A stretch of 32,000 nucleotides of DNA from NCBI RefSeq assembly GCF_001412615.1, contig NZ_CP013011.1, positions 180,001 to 212,000 of the forward strand, in the 5' to 3' direction. Source of the stretch: Pyrodictium delaneyi (GTDB taxonomy: Archaea; Thermoproteota; Thermoprotei_A; Sulfolobales; Pyrodictiaceae). Of this stretch, positions 8,883-17,217 are shown piece after piece. A program made the position numbers and the translations under genes. Numbering within the stretch: position 1 is the first letter of the stretch; the number at the start of each line of letters is the position of its first letter. Below the pieces are notes generated by a model. That model was given only the letters and a program-made list of their open reading frames with translations. It was not told where the DNA came from and searched no databases.

Positions 8883-9890
8883 CTAGTAACTGAAGGGCCA
8901 CAGCCTTAGATACTCCTTGATTCTCCTCAGAACCCCTATCAGGCCGTCCGGCTCCTTAACGACGAAGAAGGCTATTACGCCGCCCAGCACCAGGTACTTC
9001 ACAGCAGCACTAGCAGCAAACACGCTAGCTAGTAAGCTCCAGCCAGTACGTATCGTCAAGGCGCCTAGTAGACTGCCCCAGATTATCCTGCCAGGACCGC
9101 CGACAAGCACCATAGCCAGGTAATCTATAGAGGTCTCCATGGTGAAGCTGTCCCAGCCCACGCTAGGGCTAGCTAAAGCGTAGAGTGCACCGGCAAGCCC
9201 AGCGTAGAAACTACCTATGGCGAATGCTAATGCCTTAGTGCGCGTGACGTCAATACCTATTATCTCTGCTGAGATATCGTTATCCCTCACAGCCTTCATG
9301 GCGCGGCCTAGGCTGCTCCGGCCGATGTTAGCTGCGGCTATGACTGCTAGTATAGTGATGGCGAGTACGGTGTAGTAGAGGGGAGCACCGTCGCCAAGGT
9401 ATATGCCTGCAAGCGTCTTAGCCTCGGGGTTTATCTCGATGCCCTGGTAGGGGTCCACTATTGTCTGGAAGACGTACTCTAGCACGGCTTGTGCCGCTAT
9501 ACTCGCCATCGCTAGATAGTAGCCCTTCAGCTTGAACGATGGAAGGCCGAGGACTACACCGGCGATTGTTGCTGCTAACGCTGCAGCGGGGATTGCCAGG
9601 AGTATACTTACGCCGGCGTTAGCCAGGTAGGCGGCAGTATAGGCTCCTACACCCATTAGGGCTGCTTGGGCTAACGATATCTGGCCGGCGAGACCAGTCG
9701 TAATATTCAACCCCACAGTGCCGACAAAGAACACCATCAACATTACTGCTAGGCCTGCCCCATAGCTGCCTAGCATCACCGGCAAGACTAGTAGCAGAGC
9801 TAACCCTGCTACCAGTGCAGCCCAGTGTATCGGGTAACGTAGATGAGCCATATCAGCGAGATACGTCTCCTTGAACACTCCCGCGGGCAT
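8883..9890 (-). CDS. livM: HAAT-family ABC permease (LivM-type)
   Basis: 335-aa polytopic protein. The motif RAMKAVRDNDISAEIIGIDVTRTKALAFAIGSFYAGLAGALYA is typical of LivM permeases. ATG at 9890. Confidence 0.85.
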   Translation of the reverse strand: MPAGVFKETYLADMAHLRYPIHWAALVAGLALLLVLPVMLGSYGAGLAVMLMVFFVGTVGLNITTGLAGQISLAQAALMGVGAYTAAYLANAGVSILLAIPAAALAATIAGVVLGLPSFKLKGYYLAMASIAAQAVLEYVFQTIVDPYQGIEINPEAKTLAGIYLGDGAPLYYTVLAITILAVIAAANIGRSSLGRAMKAVRDNDISAEIIGIDVTRTKALAFAIGSFYAGLAGALYALASPSVGWDSFTMETSIDYLAMVLVGGPGRIIWGSLLGALTIRTGWSLLASVFAASAAVKYLVLGGVIAFFVVKEPDGLIGVLRRIKEYLRLWPFSY

Positions 9891-9912
9891 CTCTGCATCA
9901 CCCTACACTGGG

Positions 9913-10800
9913 CTAGACACGCTCAATTCTCTCAGTGCCGAAGAGCCCGTAGGGCTTCACGAGCAGTACGACAAGCATGACTAGGAACGCAGCTACGTTG
10001 CCGAAGCCGGGGAGTATAGGGCCGAGCAAGTAGTCGCTAAACTGCTCCACGAAACCCAGTATCACGCCGCCCAGCACTATGCCCGCGACACTATCTAGGC
10101 CTGCTAACAGGCTAGCCGCTAGTGCCTTCAGCACGTACGCGTCTAGGCCAGGGCTAACACCAGCCTTAGCAGCGAGCGCTACCCCCGCCAGGGCGCCACT
10201 AGCGCCTGCTAGCCCCCAGCTCAGCATAGTCAGCTGCTTGACGGGGAGCCCGTACGCGGCTGCGCCGTACGCGTCTTCAGCTACCGCTCTCATCGCTATA
10301 CCTAGTTTGGTAAACCTGTGCATAGCTACCACTAGCGCCACAATGCCTCCTGCTGCCGCCACTGCTACTATGTCACTGAAGTCGAGCGCTACCGGGCCAA
10401 GCCTGTACACGGTGGCTGGGAGCTCGTAACTACCGCCACTCCAGTCCGGGCCAGCCACAGCTATCGAGGCACCACGTAGCACGTAGAACACGCCTAGCGT
10501 TGCGGCGATCAGGGCTACGGGAGGACGGCCTAGCAGCGGCCTAGCTACTAGCCGCTCCATGGCGGCGCCTATAGCGAACCCAGCGATGGCTGCTAGTAGT
10601 ATGGCTGGGATGAGTCCTATGCCGGCGCGGACAGAGGCTATGTAGGCCACGTAGGCAGCGAACAACGCTATCTCCGGGTGGGCGAGGTTTATCGATTTGC
10701 TGACGCGGTAGACCATGTTGAAACCTAGGGCTAGTGACGCGTATATCACACCCATTATCGCTGCCTGCAGTGAGAGCATTAGGGCTACTCCTGCATCCAT
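9913..10800 (-). CDS. livH: HAAT-family ABC permease (LivH-type)
   Basis: 295-aa polytopic protein. The motifs SINLAHPEIALFAAYVAY and IAMRAVAEDAYGAAAYGLPVKQLTMLSWGLAGASGALAG are LivH-like. ATG at 10800. Confidence 0.85.
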   Translation of the reverse strand: MDAGVALMLSLQAAIMGVIYASLALGFNMVYRVSKSINLAHPEIALFAAYVAYIASVRAGIGLIPAILLAAIAGFAIGAAMERLVARPLLGRPPVALIAATLGVFYVLRGASIAVAGPDWSGGSYELPATVYRLGPVALDFSDIVAVAAAGGIVALVVAMHRFTKLGIAMRAVAEDAYGAAAYGLPVKQLTMLSWGLAGASGALAGVALAAKAGVSPGLDAYVLKALAASLLAGLDSVAGIVLGGVILGFVEQFSDYLLGPILPGFGNVAAFLVMLVVLLVKPYGLFGTERIERV

Positions 10801-10915
10801 GCCTAGTCCGCCTCCACATGCACCATTCGACTCTCTGCATGCATCCTATACGCTACCAGCTAGACACGAAGTATACTCCATGGCGTAAAACAAGCGGGAA
10901 AACATGATAATGTGC

Positions 10916-12844
10916 CTAGGCGTCTAGTATCGCGACCATTCTGGTGACACTCACCCTCCTGCCGTCCTCCAGCCTCATCTCAACGGTTAGCTCGTACTCG
11001 CGGTCGCCCCTGTACATAGCCTCTATGAGCCCGGCATAGCGTTCCTCTATCACCTTCCTGCGGAGCTTCCTTGTACGAGTCATCTCGCCGTCGTCGGGGT
11101 GGAACTCCTTGAACAGGCTCACGAACCTCCTTACACGCAGCCGTTCCGGCAGCCTAGAATTGGCGCGGGCGACCTCACGCTTCAGCAGCTCGAGTACCTC
11201 AGGCTTCTGGCTTAGGTCGCTATAGCCGCTGAAGGGTATACCCCTTCTCTCAGCCCACCTTGACACAGTAGTGTAGTCTATGTTGAGCAGCGCCACTAGG
11301 TAGGGCCTACCGTGGCCTATTATCGCGGCCTCTGCTATGTATGGGCTGAACTTCAGCTTATTCTGCACTACTTGTGGCGCAACCCTGGTGCCATCACTCA
11401 GCACTAGTATCTCCTTAGCGCGGTCGTGTATGACCAGGTGCCCGTCACGGGTCAGCTCGCCTACGTCACCAGTGTGTAGCCAGCCCTCCGGGTCTATCGT
11501 CTTCTGGGTCGCCTCGGGGTTCCGGTAGTAGCCCTTCATTACTGCGGGGCTGCGTAGCAGTATCTCGCCATCCTCTGCTATCCGTATCTCTGTCTCGGGC
11601 AGCGGTTTCCCTACAGTGTCTAGCCTCACGTCATCGTCGGGATGCACTACAGCTATACCTGCTATCTCGGTCTGACCGTAGATCTGCTTCAGGTTCACGC
11701 CCAGCGCGTGGAAGTACTTCACGTAGTCAGGGCCCAGCATTGCGCCGCCAGTGTAGGCGCGCTTCACCCTCTTCAGCCCGGTCTTGTCCAGTATACCGCG
11801 GAGCGCTAGCCAGTAGGCCAGGTACCAAGCCACCCTCCAGACTAGGCTCGGCGCCCGGCGGCCAGGCCTTAGCCGGGACTCGGCAGCCCTCCAGCCCACC
11901 CACATGGCTATCCTGTAGAACAGCTTCTTCACGGGATCACTGTCCTCCATCTTCGCCATTACGTCCTTTGCTATCCTCTCCCATATCCTGGGCGGTGCGA
12001 AGAGGAAGTGGGGCGCTATCTCCCTGAAGTCTCTCCAGAACGTCTCGGGGCTCTCGGGGAAGTTTATCCGGAACCCTGCTATGAAGTGCAGCGCTATGCT
12101 CATCATCTGCTCGCCTACCCAGGCAGGAGGCAGGAACGATACATACTCCCAGCTAGGGTCTACGGGATCTAGCTGGTTCAGCTGGTAAGCCATTGCAAGC
12201 AGATTGCGGTGCGTCAGCATAGCTAGCTTGGGCTTCCCAGTAGTGCCGCTGGTCGTGAAGAGCCCGGCTATATCGTCAGGGTCTAGGTCGCTTGTGAGCT
12301 TGTCGTAGAGCCCTGGGCTCTGCTCCTCTAGGGCTCGGCCAGTCTTTACCAGGTCCCCGAATGTTATAATGAGGTCGCCCAGCTTGTCGCGGTACATGTG
12401 TAGGCCCTTAGCTTCGTCAATTATTATCTTCTCGACCCTGGTCTTGTCGATGATATCGAGTACTCGGTCTAGCTGCTCCTGCCCCTCCACGAGCACTATC
12501 CTGGCGTCGCTCTGCTGTAACACGTAGGCGACCTCGTCGCTCAAGCTATCCTTGTATATCCCCACAGTGGCGGCGCCTAGGCTCTGCACAGCCACTTCGT
12601 AGATGGGCCACGCTGGCCGGTTACCCATGATGAACGCGGCCTTATCGCCCCTGCCTATGCCCAGCGTGTAGAGGCCCAACGCAGTCCAGCGTACTAGGCG
12701 GTAGTACTCGCTCCAGGTGAACCGGCGCCAAATGCCGTAGCGTTTCCACCGGAATGCTGTTGCGTCTGGCCTCTCCCTTGCCCGGGCTTCTAGCAGCCAA
12801 GGGAACGTAGTATCGTAGGGCTTAGCCCCATTGCCGCCCGTCAC
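10916..12844 (-). CDS. Long-chain-type acyl-CoA synthetase (AMP-forming, ANL superfamily)
   Basis: Canonical P-loop TTSGTTGKPKLAMLTH, plus YGQTEIAG, GWLHTGDVGELTRDGHLVIHDRAKE and a C-terminal TRTRKLRRKVIEERY. GTG start 6 nt after the livG stop, so the gene sits inside the transporter operon. Confidence 0.85.
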   Translation of the reverse strand: MTGGNGAKPYDTTFPWLLEARARERPDATAFRWKRYGIWRRFTWSEYYRLVRWTALGLYTLGIGRGDKAAFIMGNRPAWPIYEVAVQSLGAATVGIYKDSLSDEVAYVLQQSDARIVLVEGQEQLDRVLDIIDKTRVEKIIIDEAKGLHMYRDKLGDLIITFGDLVKTGRALEEQSPGLYDKLTSDLDPDDIAGLFTTSGTTGKPKLAMLTHRNLLAMAYQLNQLDPVDPSWEYVSFLPPAWVGEQMMSIALHFIAGFRINFPESPETFWRDFREIAPHFLFAPPRIWERIAKDVMAKMEDSDPVKKLFYRIAMWVGWRAAESRLRPGRRAPSLVWRVAWYLAYWLALRGILDKTGLKRVKRAYTGGAMLGPDYVKYFHALGVNLKQIYGQTEIAGIAVVHPDDDVRLDTVGKPLPETEIRIAEDGEILLRSPAVMKGYYRNPEATQKTIDPEGWLHTGDVGELTRDGHLVIHDRAKEILVLSDGTRVAPQVVQNKLKFSPYIAEAAIIGHGRPYLVALLNIDYTTVSRWAERRGIPFSGYSDLSQKPEVLELLKREVARANSRLPERLRVRRFVSLFKEFHPDDGEMTRTRKLRRKVIEERYAGLIEAMYRGDREYELTVEMRLEDGRRVSVTRMVAILDA

Positions 12845-12850
12845 GGCGCG

Positions 12851-13717
12851 TTAACCTCCTACGTAAGCCTCTATTACACGTGGATCGTTGGCTACCTTGT
12901 GGGGTGGACCCTCCGCGATAACTCGGCCCGAGTCCATGACCACAACGTGGTCGCAGAGATCCATGACCACCTCTAGGTCGTGCTCCACCAGGACGAAGGA
13001 GACGCCCCGTGTCTCATTGACCTCAACGATGGCGCGTGCTAGGTCCTCCTTTTCCTCCCTGCTCAGCCCGGCCATAGGCTCGTCCATCAGCACTACCTTC
13101 GGGTCCTGGGCTAGCGCCCTGGCAAGGTCTACGCGCTTCTGTACGCCCGGCGGCAGACCCTCCACAATGCGGTAGCGGTACTCGTGGAGCTCAAGCAGGT
13201 CTATGACTAGCTCAGCCCTCTCCCTGGCCCACTCTTCCCAGCGACGGGCTCTCGGAGTCCAGAATGCGGCATCCAGTATGCTGTAGCGCCTCCAGGGCTC
13301 CAAGCCCGCCATAATGTTCTCTACTACAGTCATGTGGCGGAAGAGTTCGCCGTGCTGGAAGGTCCTCGCTAGCCCCATCTTTGCTCTCTCGTGGGGAGGA
13401 GTATGGGTGATATCATGGCCTTCGAAGAGTACACGGCCCTTTCGGGGCCGATAGAACCCTGATACAACGTTGAGGAGACTAGTCTTACCCGCTCCGTTAG
13501 GACCTATTATGGCGAGAATCTCGCCGGGGCGTAGCTTGAACCCCGCGTTGTCAACGGCTACTATGCCGCCGAACTCGACTCTTATATCCTCAGCTATTAG
13601 CACATAGTCTACCTTGCCGCGGGGCTTCTCCTTGTAAGTGACACTTTCCTCCCAGAGTAGCCGGTAATCGAAGTCCTTCACCTCTTGGCTTGGGGCGGTA
13701 CTAGCTGCGAAGAACAA
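12851..13717 (-). CDS. livG: HAAT-family (LivG-type) ABC transporter ATP-binding protein
   Basis: Walker A GPNGAGKTS, Walker B VLMDEPMAGL, H-loop VLVEHDL. The ORF starts at TTG 13717. A shorter start, such as GTG 13603 giving MLIAEDIRVEFGG, is possible. Confidence 0.8.
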   Translation of the reverse strand: MFFAASTAPSQEVKDFDYRLLWEESVTYKEKPRGKVDYVLIAEDIRVEFGGIVAVDNAGFKLRPGEILAIIGPNGAGKTSLLNVVSGFYRPRKGRVLFEGHDITHTPPHERAKMGLARTFQHGELFRHMTVVENIMAGLEPWRRYSILDAAFWTPRARRWEEWARERAELVIDLLELHEYRYRIVEGLPPGVQKRVDLARALAQDPKVVLMDEPMAGLSREEKEDLARAIVEVNETRGVSFVLVEHDLEVVMDLCDHVVVMDSGRVIAEGPPHKVANDPRVIEAYVGG

Positions 13718-14024
13718 AACGCACCATCTCGCACACCTCCTCTAGAGATGCACCTGTACAGGTTCCCGAGCCCACAGGCAGCCCCCAGACTTATTTAAGT
13801 ACTCACCCAAGCCTTTAACCAGAGTTTAAACGATATCCAACACCATTTATATCTATAAAACGGGGAACAAAAATCCCAGCGTAAAACATTCAACCAACCT
13901 AGCATGCCTTGTGGAAGCCAGAGCATAAGATACCGAATCATGGATAATCGTAGTCGTAGCCTAGACTCTTCAAGGCCTTGTCCAGAGGGGTTTGTAGACA
14001 CAATCCCGTGATGGTGGATACATA

Positions 14025-15485
14025 ATGTCTTGCGGTTATCCCGAGACAATGGTAGAGGTACTCCTCTGTCGTCAAAGCGAGGCAGACAAAGCTGAGGCAG
14101 TAACAGACACAGAAGGCTACCGGCTATCATATGGTCATCTCTTTACGTTGGCCTCCCGTTCGGCCCGTACACTTTCCGAAAACTATGGACTAAGCGAGGG
14201 GGATACAGCGGCTATAGCTCCGATAAACAAGTCAGAAGCCCTCATAGGCCTCTACTCTATCTGGCTTGCTGGTGCCCAGGCAGCTGTCCTCGACCCGTTG
14301 AGCCACAGTATGGATCTCGAAATGCAGCTCCGCCAGATAAACCCCAAGATAATGATCACTCATAGGGGGATGGAGGAGGCTCACTGTACGGTAGCGGAGA
14401 AACTAGGCATACGCTGTATAGCTGTTGAAGAGCTGACAGAGAAAGCTGAGGGGAAGACCCCCTGGGAGGGCTACACGCGGCCACGCTCTTGGAGTCCAGC
14501 TATAGTCTACTTCTACGCCGGGATAGCCGGCAGAACTCTTCCAGTAATTCACACCCACTCCGGGATAGCGGCTTCAGCCCATACCGTTGTAGCCCATTAC
14601 GGCCTAGAGCCTAGAGACCGGGTATTCGCTTCGGCCCCCATTAGCCATGCGCTCGGCCTACAGATATCGACGCTCGCCGCCCTCTATGCTGAGGGTACTG
14701 TCGTCCTCTACACGAAGAGGGGCCGGTTGAACCCGGGTCACGCTGCCGAGGCGCTAGCAGCGAGCAAGGCCTCAATGGTGCTAGGCGCGCCAGGCTTCTA
14801 CCAGGCAATACTCCGGGCAGGCTACCGGGGTCACACCGGGCTACGCTATGCAGTCAGTGCGGGCGCACCTTTGCCGAGGGAGACGCAGGAGGAGTGGATG
14901 AAGACAACAGGGGTTGAACTGCTACAACTCTACGGTATGACCGAGGCTGCCCCGCTCACAGCCACACTACCTGGCGACAACCCGCCCGGAAGCATAGGCA
15001 AGCCAATGCCCGGTGTAGAGACGCGGCTCGTAGACCCCGAGGATCCTAAGAAACCTGCTGAGGGTGTTGGCGAACTGCTAGCCCGCGGCCCCATGGTTAT
15101 GAAGGGATACGGCGACCCCGAGGAGACTCGGCGTGCAATCCTCCCGGGCGGCTGGCTGCGGACGGGAGACATACTGGCTGTGGATGAGGAGGGCCACTTC
15201 TACTTCCGTGGCGTCCGTAAGAGGATGCTCAAGTACAAGGGCTACCCGATATTCCCCCGCGACCTGGAGCTGATCCTCGAGCAACATCCAGCAGTAGCCC
15301 GCGCTCTGGTAGAAGGCGAGCCAGCTGGCGATCTGGGGCAAGTACCTGTGGCTAAGGTGTGGCTTCGTCGAGGCGCTGTGGCTACGAGGGAGGAGCTTTT
15401 GCAATGGGTGAATAGCAAGGTAGCGAGTTACAAGCAGATACGACGTCTCGAAATATTAGGTGAAGATGAGCAAAACTTAAACTAG
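14025..15485 (+). CDS. ANL-superfamily acyl-CoA ligase-like protein, atypical (degenerate P-loop, no A10 lysine motif)
   Basis: Conserved core motifs: LYGMTEAAP and GWLRTGDILAVDEEGHFYFRGVRKRMLKYKGYPIFPRDLE. The P-loop position reads YAGIAGRTLPV rather than T-S-G-T-T-G-x-P-K. The protein stops at ...YKQIRRLEILGEDEQNLN, before the usual P-K-x-x-S-G-K motif. Confidence 0.8.
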   Translation: MSCGYPETMVEVLLCRQSEADKAEAVTDTEGYRLSYGHLFTLASRSARTLSENYGLSEGDTAAIAPINKSEALIGLYSIWLAGAQAAVLDPLSHSMDLEMQLRQINPKIMITHRGMEEAHCTVAEKLGIRCIAVEELTEKAEGKTPWEGYTRPRSWSPAIVYFYAGIAGRTLPVIHTHSGIAASAHTVVAHYGLEPRDRVFASAPISHALGLQISTLAALYAEGTVVLYTKRGRLNPGHAAEALAASKASMVLGAPGFYQAILRAGYRGHTGLRYAVSAGAPLPRETQEEWMKTTGVELLQLYGMTEAAPLTATLPGDNPPGSIGKPMPGVETRLVDPEDPKKPAEGVGELLARGPMVMKGYGDPEETRRAILPGGWLRTGDILAVDEEGHFYFRGVRKRMLKYKGYPIFPRDLELILEQHPAVARALVEGEPAGDLGQVPVAKVWLRRGAVATREELLQWVNSKVASYKQIRRLEILGEDEQNLN

Positions 15486-15558
15486 GGAAAGAGTTTATAC
15501 TAGCCCAGGCAAACACTATACATGAAAAATCGACACAATAACCATCAAGGGTGTTTGG

Positions 15559-15762
15559 ATGACGAAAGAAAATAAAGTTAATGTGAAGGATGTCAGACCA
15601 AAGTTTGTGCATGTGAAGGGTATAGGCTTTTCAGCACTAGTGCCGTTGGATAGCTATGAAAACGGGTTACGTGAGCTAATAGAGTCGCTATATGGCAAGG
15701 TTCAAATTAGGATAGTAGATATGCGTCGGGGTGTCTACACCTCTAGAGGACATGGGAGTTGA
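15559..15762 (+). CDS. Hypothetical small protein (67 aa), no recognised domain
   Basis: ATG at 15559. TTTATAC lies at 15494-15500, about 60 nt upstream. The stop TGA overlaps the start of the next ORF (tTGATG). Confidence 0.45.
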   Translation: MTKENKVNVKDVRPKFVHVKGIGFSALVPLDSYENGLRELIESLYGKVQIRIVDMRRGVYTSRGHGS

Positions 15763-16115
15763 TGGCTACAAAATGTTGCCGTGGTGACTACCCGCCGGAA
15801 GCATGTAGGCTAATTGAAGCATTATTGAAGGGCTACTCCAAGTATTTCTCAAATGATGTACTCAATAGTGATGGACGCCGGCTTCTCGAGCGTTTAGTAA
15901 GACTGCTTTTAGAGACTAATCCAGGCTTGCGCCGCCTTGTATATCGGGTACGGCGCAACCCTACACTAGAAATGATACTCAGACTTGCAGAAGAATTCTA
16001 CCTTTGTGATGCCCGGGCTCTTGCGGCTGAAGCCCTTGGACTGTACCAACCTTATACTTATTCGGTAAAGTCGATCTACGGTAGAACCCAGAATGATGGC
16101 TGGCTGCTAGGGTAA
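15759..16115 (+). CDS. Hypothetical helical protein (118 aa), no recognised domain
   Basis: Start at TTG 15759 or ATG 15762, overlapping the upstream stop. Leu/Arg-rich helical sequence (GRRLLERLVRLLLETNPGLRRLVYRVRRNP). Confidence 0.45.
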   Translation: MMATKCCRGDYPPEACRLIEALLKGYSKYFSNDVLNSDGRRLLERLVRLLLETNPGLRRLVYRVRRNPTLEMILRLAEEFYLCDARALAAEALGLYQPYTYSVKSIYGRTQNDGWLLG

Positions 16116-16124
16116 CTAGGCTAA

Positions 16125-16199
16125 ATGACTCTATTGACGTGATTGTGTTACTACCTAGGTATGACTCTAATGCTGGAGTCATTAAAGCGAGCACAATAG
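16125..16199. repeat. Cluster of short direct and inverted repeats in a convergent intergenic region (possible terminator or junction structure)
   Basis: ATGACTCTA at 16125-16133 and 16161-16169 (direct). ATGACTC 16161-16167 pairs with GAGTCAT 16176-16182 (7-bp stem, 8-nt loop). ATTGTG 16142-16147 pairs with CACAAT 16192-16197. CTATTG 16131-16136 pairs with CAATAG 16194-16199. Confidence 0.4.
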
Positions 16200-16212
16200 T
16201 TGCAATCGGGTC

Positions 16213-17214
16213 TCAAATAAGGTGGCATGCTACATAATGTCCTTTCTCGACCTCAATAAGTGCTGGCTCTTTCTCGCTGCATATTTTTCTAGCAAAGGGG
16301 CATCGTGGATGCAAGCGGCAACCCGGTGGTGGGCTACTCGGATCCGGTATATCGCCTCGCAATTCCGCTGCCTCCTTCCTGCCATGCTTTGATATCCTGG
16401 GTATTGCTGCTAGCAACGCCTTAGTATAGGGATGCAAAGGTTTATTGAGAACAATGTTAACAGGGCCTAGTTCGACTATCTTGCCTAGGTACATAACGGC
16501 TATGTTGTCGGCGATCAATCTAGCAGTAGCGAGGTCATGGGTTATGAATATCATTGCTTGATTTAGCTTCTCTTTGAATTCCCTGAGCAGCTCGAGTATC
16601 GAGGCACGTACAGACACGTCTAGGCTCGATGTAGGCTCGTCTGCTACCACGAGCTCGGGCTCTAGCAGCATGGCCCTAGCTATAGCGGCTCTCTGTAACT
16701 GGCCACCGCTGAGCTGGTAGGGACGGCGCTGGTAGAACTCTTCAGCAGGAGTCAACCCGATACGCTCAAGCATTGCTAGGACGCGACTCCTAGCCTCTTC
16801 CCCCTCGGCTATGCCGTGAACCTCTAATGGCTCTACTAGCTGTTCTCCGATAGAACGGAGTGGATTAAAACTTGCATATGGATCCTGGGGTACTAGCTGG
16901 AGGCGCCGTCTTAGGGGACGGAGTTTCTTCTCAGGGAGCCACGTTATATCCATGCCGTCGAAGAGTATTCTACCCGAGGTGGGCTCGTAGAGTCTTAGCA
17001 CGAGCCTACCAAGCGTGCTCTTGCCGCTGCCACTCTCTCCTACGAGACCCAATGTCTCGCCACGATGTAGACTGAAACTTACACCATCAACGGCGCGTAC
17101 TACACGCTTGCCTAAGAGGCCGCCACGGGTGAAGTACTTCTTCAGATTCTCGACCACAAGTAGCGGTGCAGGCACGTTCCTGGCACGCTCCCGCTCCCAC
17201 TGATTAAGATCCAA
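16213..17214 (-). CDS. Oligopeptide/dipeptide-type ABC transporter ATP-binding protein (OppF/DppF-like)
   Basis: Walker [10 protein letters not shown], signature LSGGQLQR, Walker [12 protein letters not shown]. The C-terminal Cys-rich oligo_HPY-type tail reads [25 protein letters not shown] start 3 nt after the upstream gene's stop. Confidence 0.85.
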   Translation of the reverse strand: MDLNQWERERARNVPAPLLVVENLKKYFTRGGLLGKRVVRAVDGVSFSLHRGETLGLVGESGSGKSTLGRLVLRLYEPTSGRILFDGMDITWLPEKKLRPLRRRLQLVPQDPYASFNPLRSIGEQLVEPLEVHGIAEGEEARSRVLAMLERIGLTPAEEFYQRRPYQLSGGQLQRAAIARAMLLEPELVVADEPTSSLDVSVRASILELLREFKEKLNQAMIFITHDLATARLIADNIAVMYLGKIVELGPVNIVLNKPLHPYTKALLAAIPRISKHGRKEAAELRGDIPDPSSPPPGCRLHPRCPFARKICSEKEPALIEVEKGHYVACHLI

Positions 17215-17217
17215 GGG

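Larger units (their letters stand above)
15480..16120. other. Low-GC islet with two orphan ORFs, bounded by the 7-nt direct repeat AACTAGG
   Basis: AACTAGG occurs at 15480-15486 and 16114-16120, and each copy overlaps a stop codon. My hand count of line 15541-15600 gives 38% GC, against 62% for line 15301-15360 just upstream. Confidence 0.35.

Noticed and set aside
13795-14130. 111-aa minus-strand ORF in the livG/ligase divergent region
   Set aside because: It overlaps the start of the ligase gene and spans an A/T-rich promoter region. The sequence is Leu/Cys/Trp-rich nonsense with no start context.
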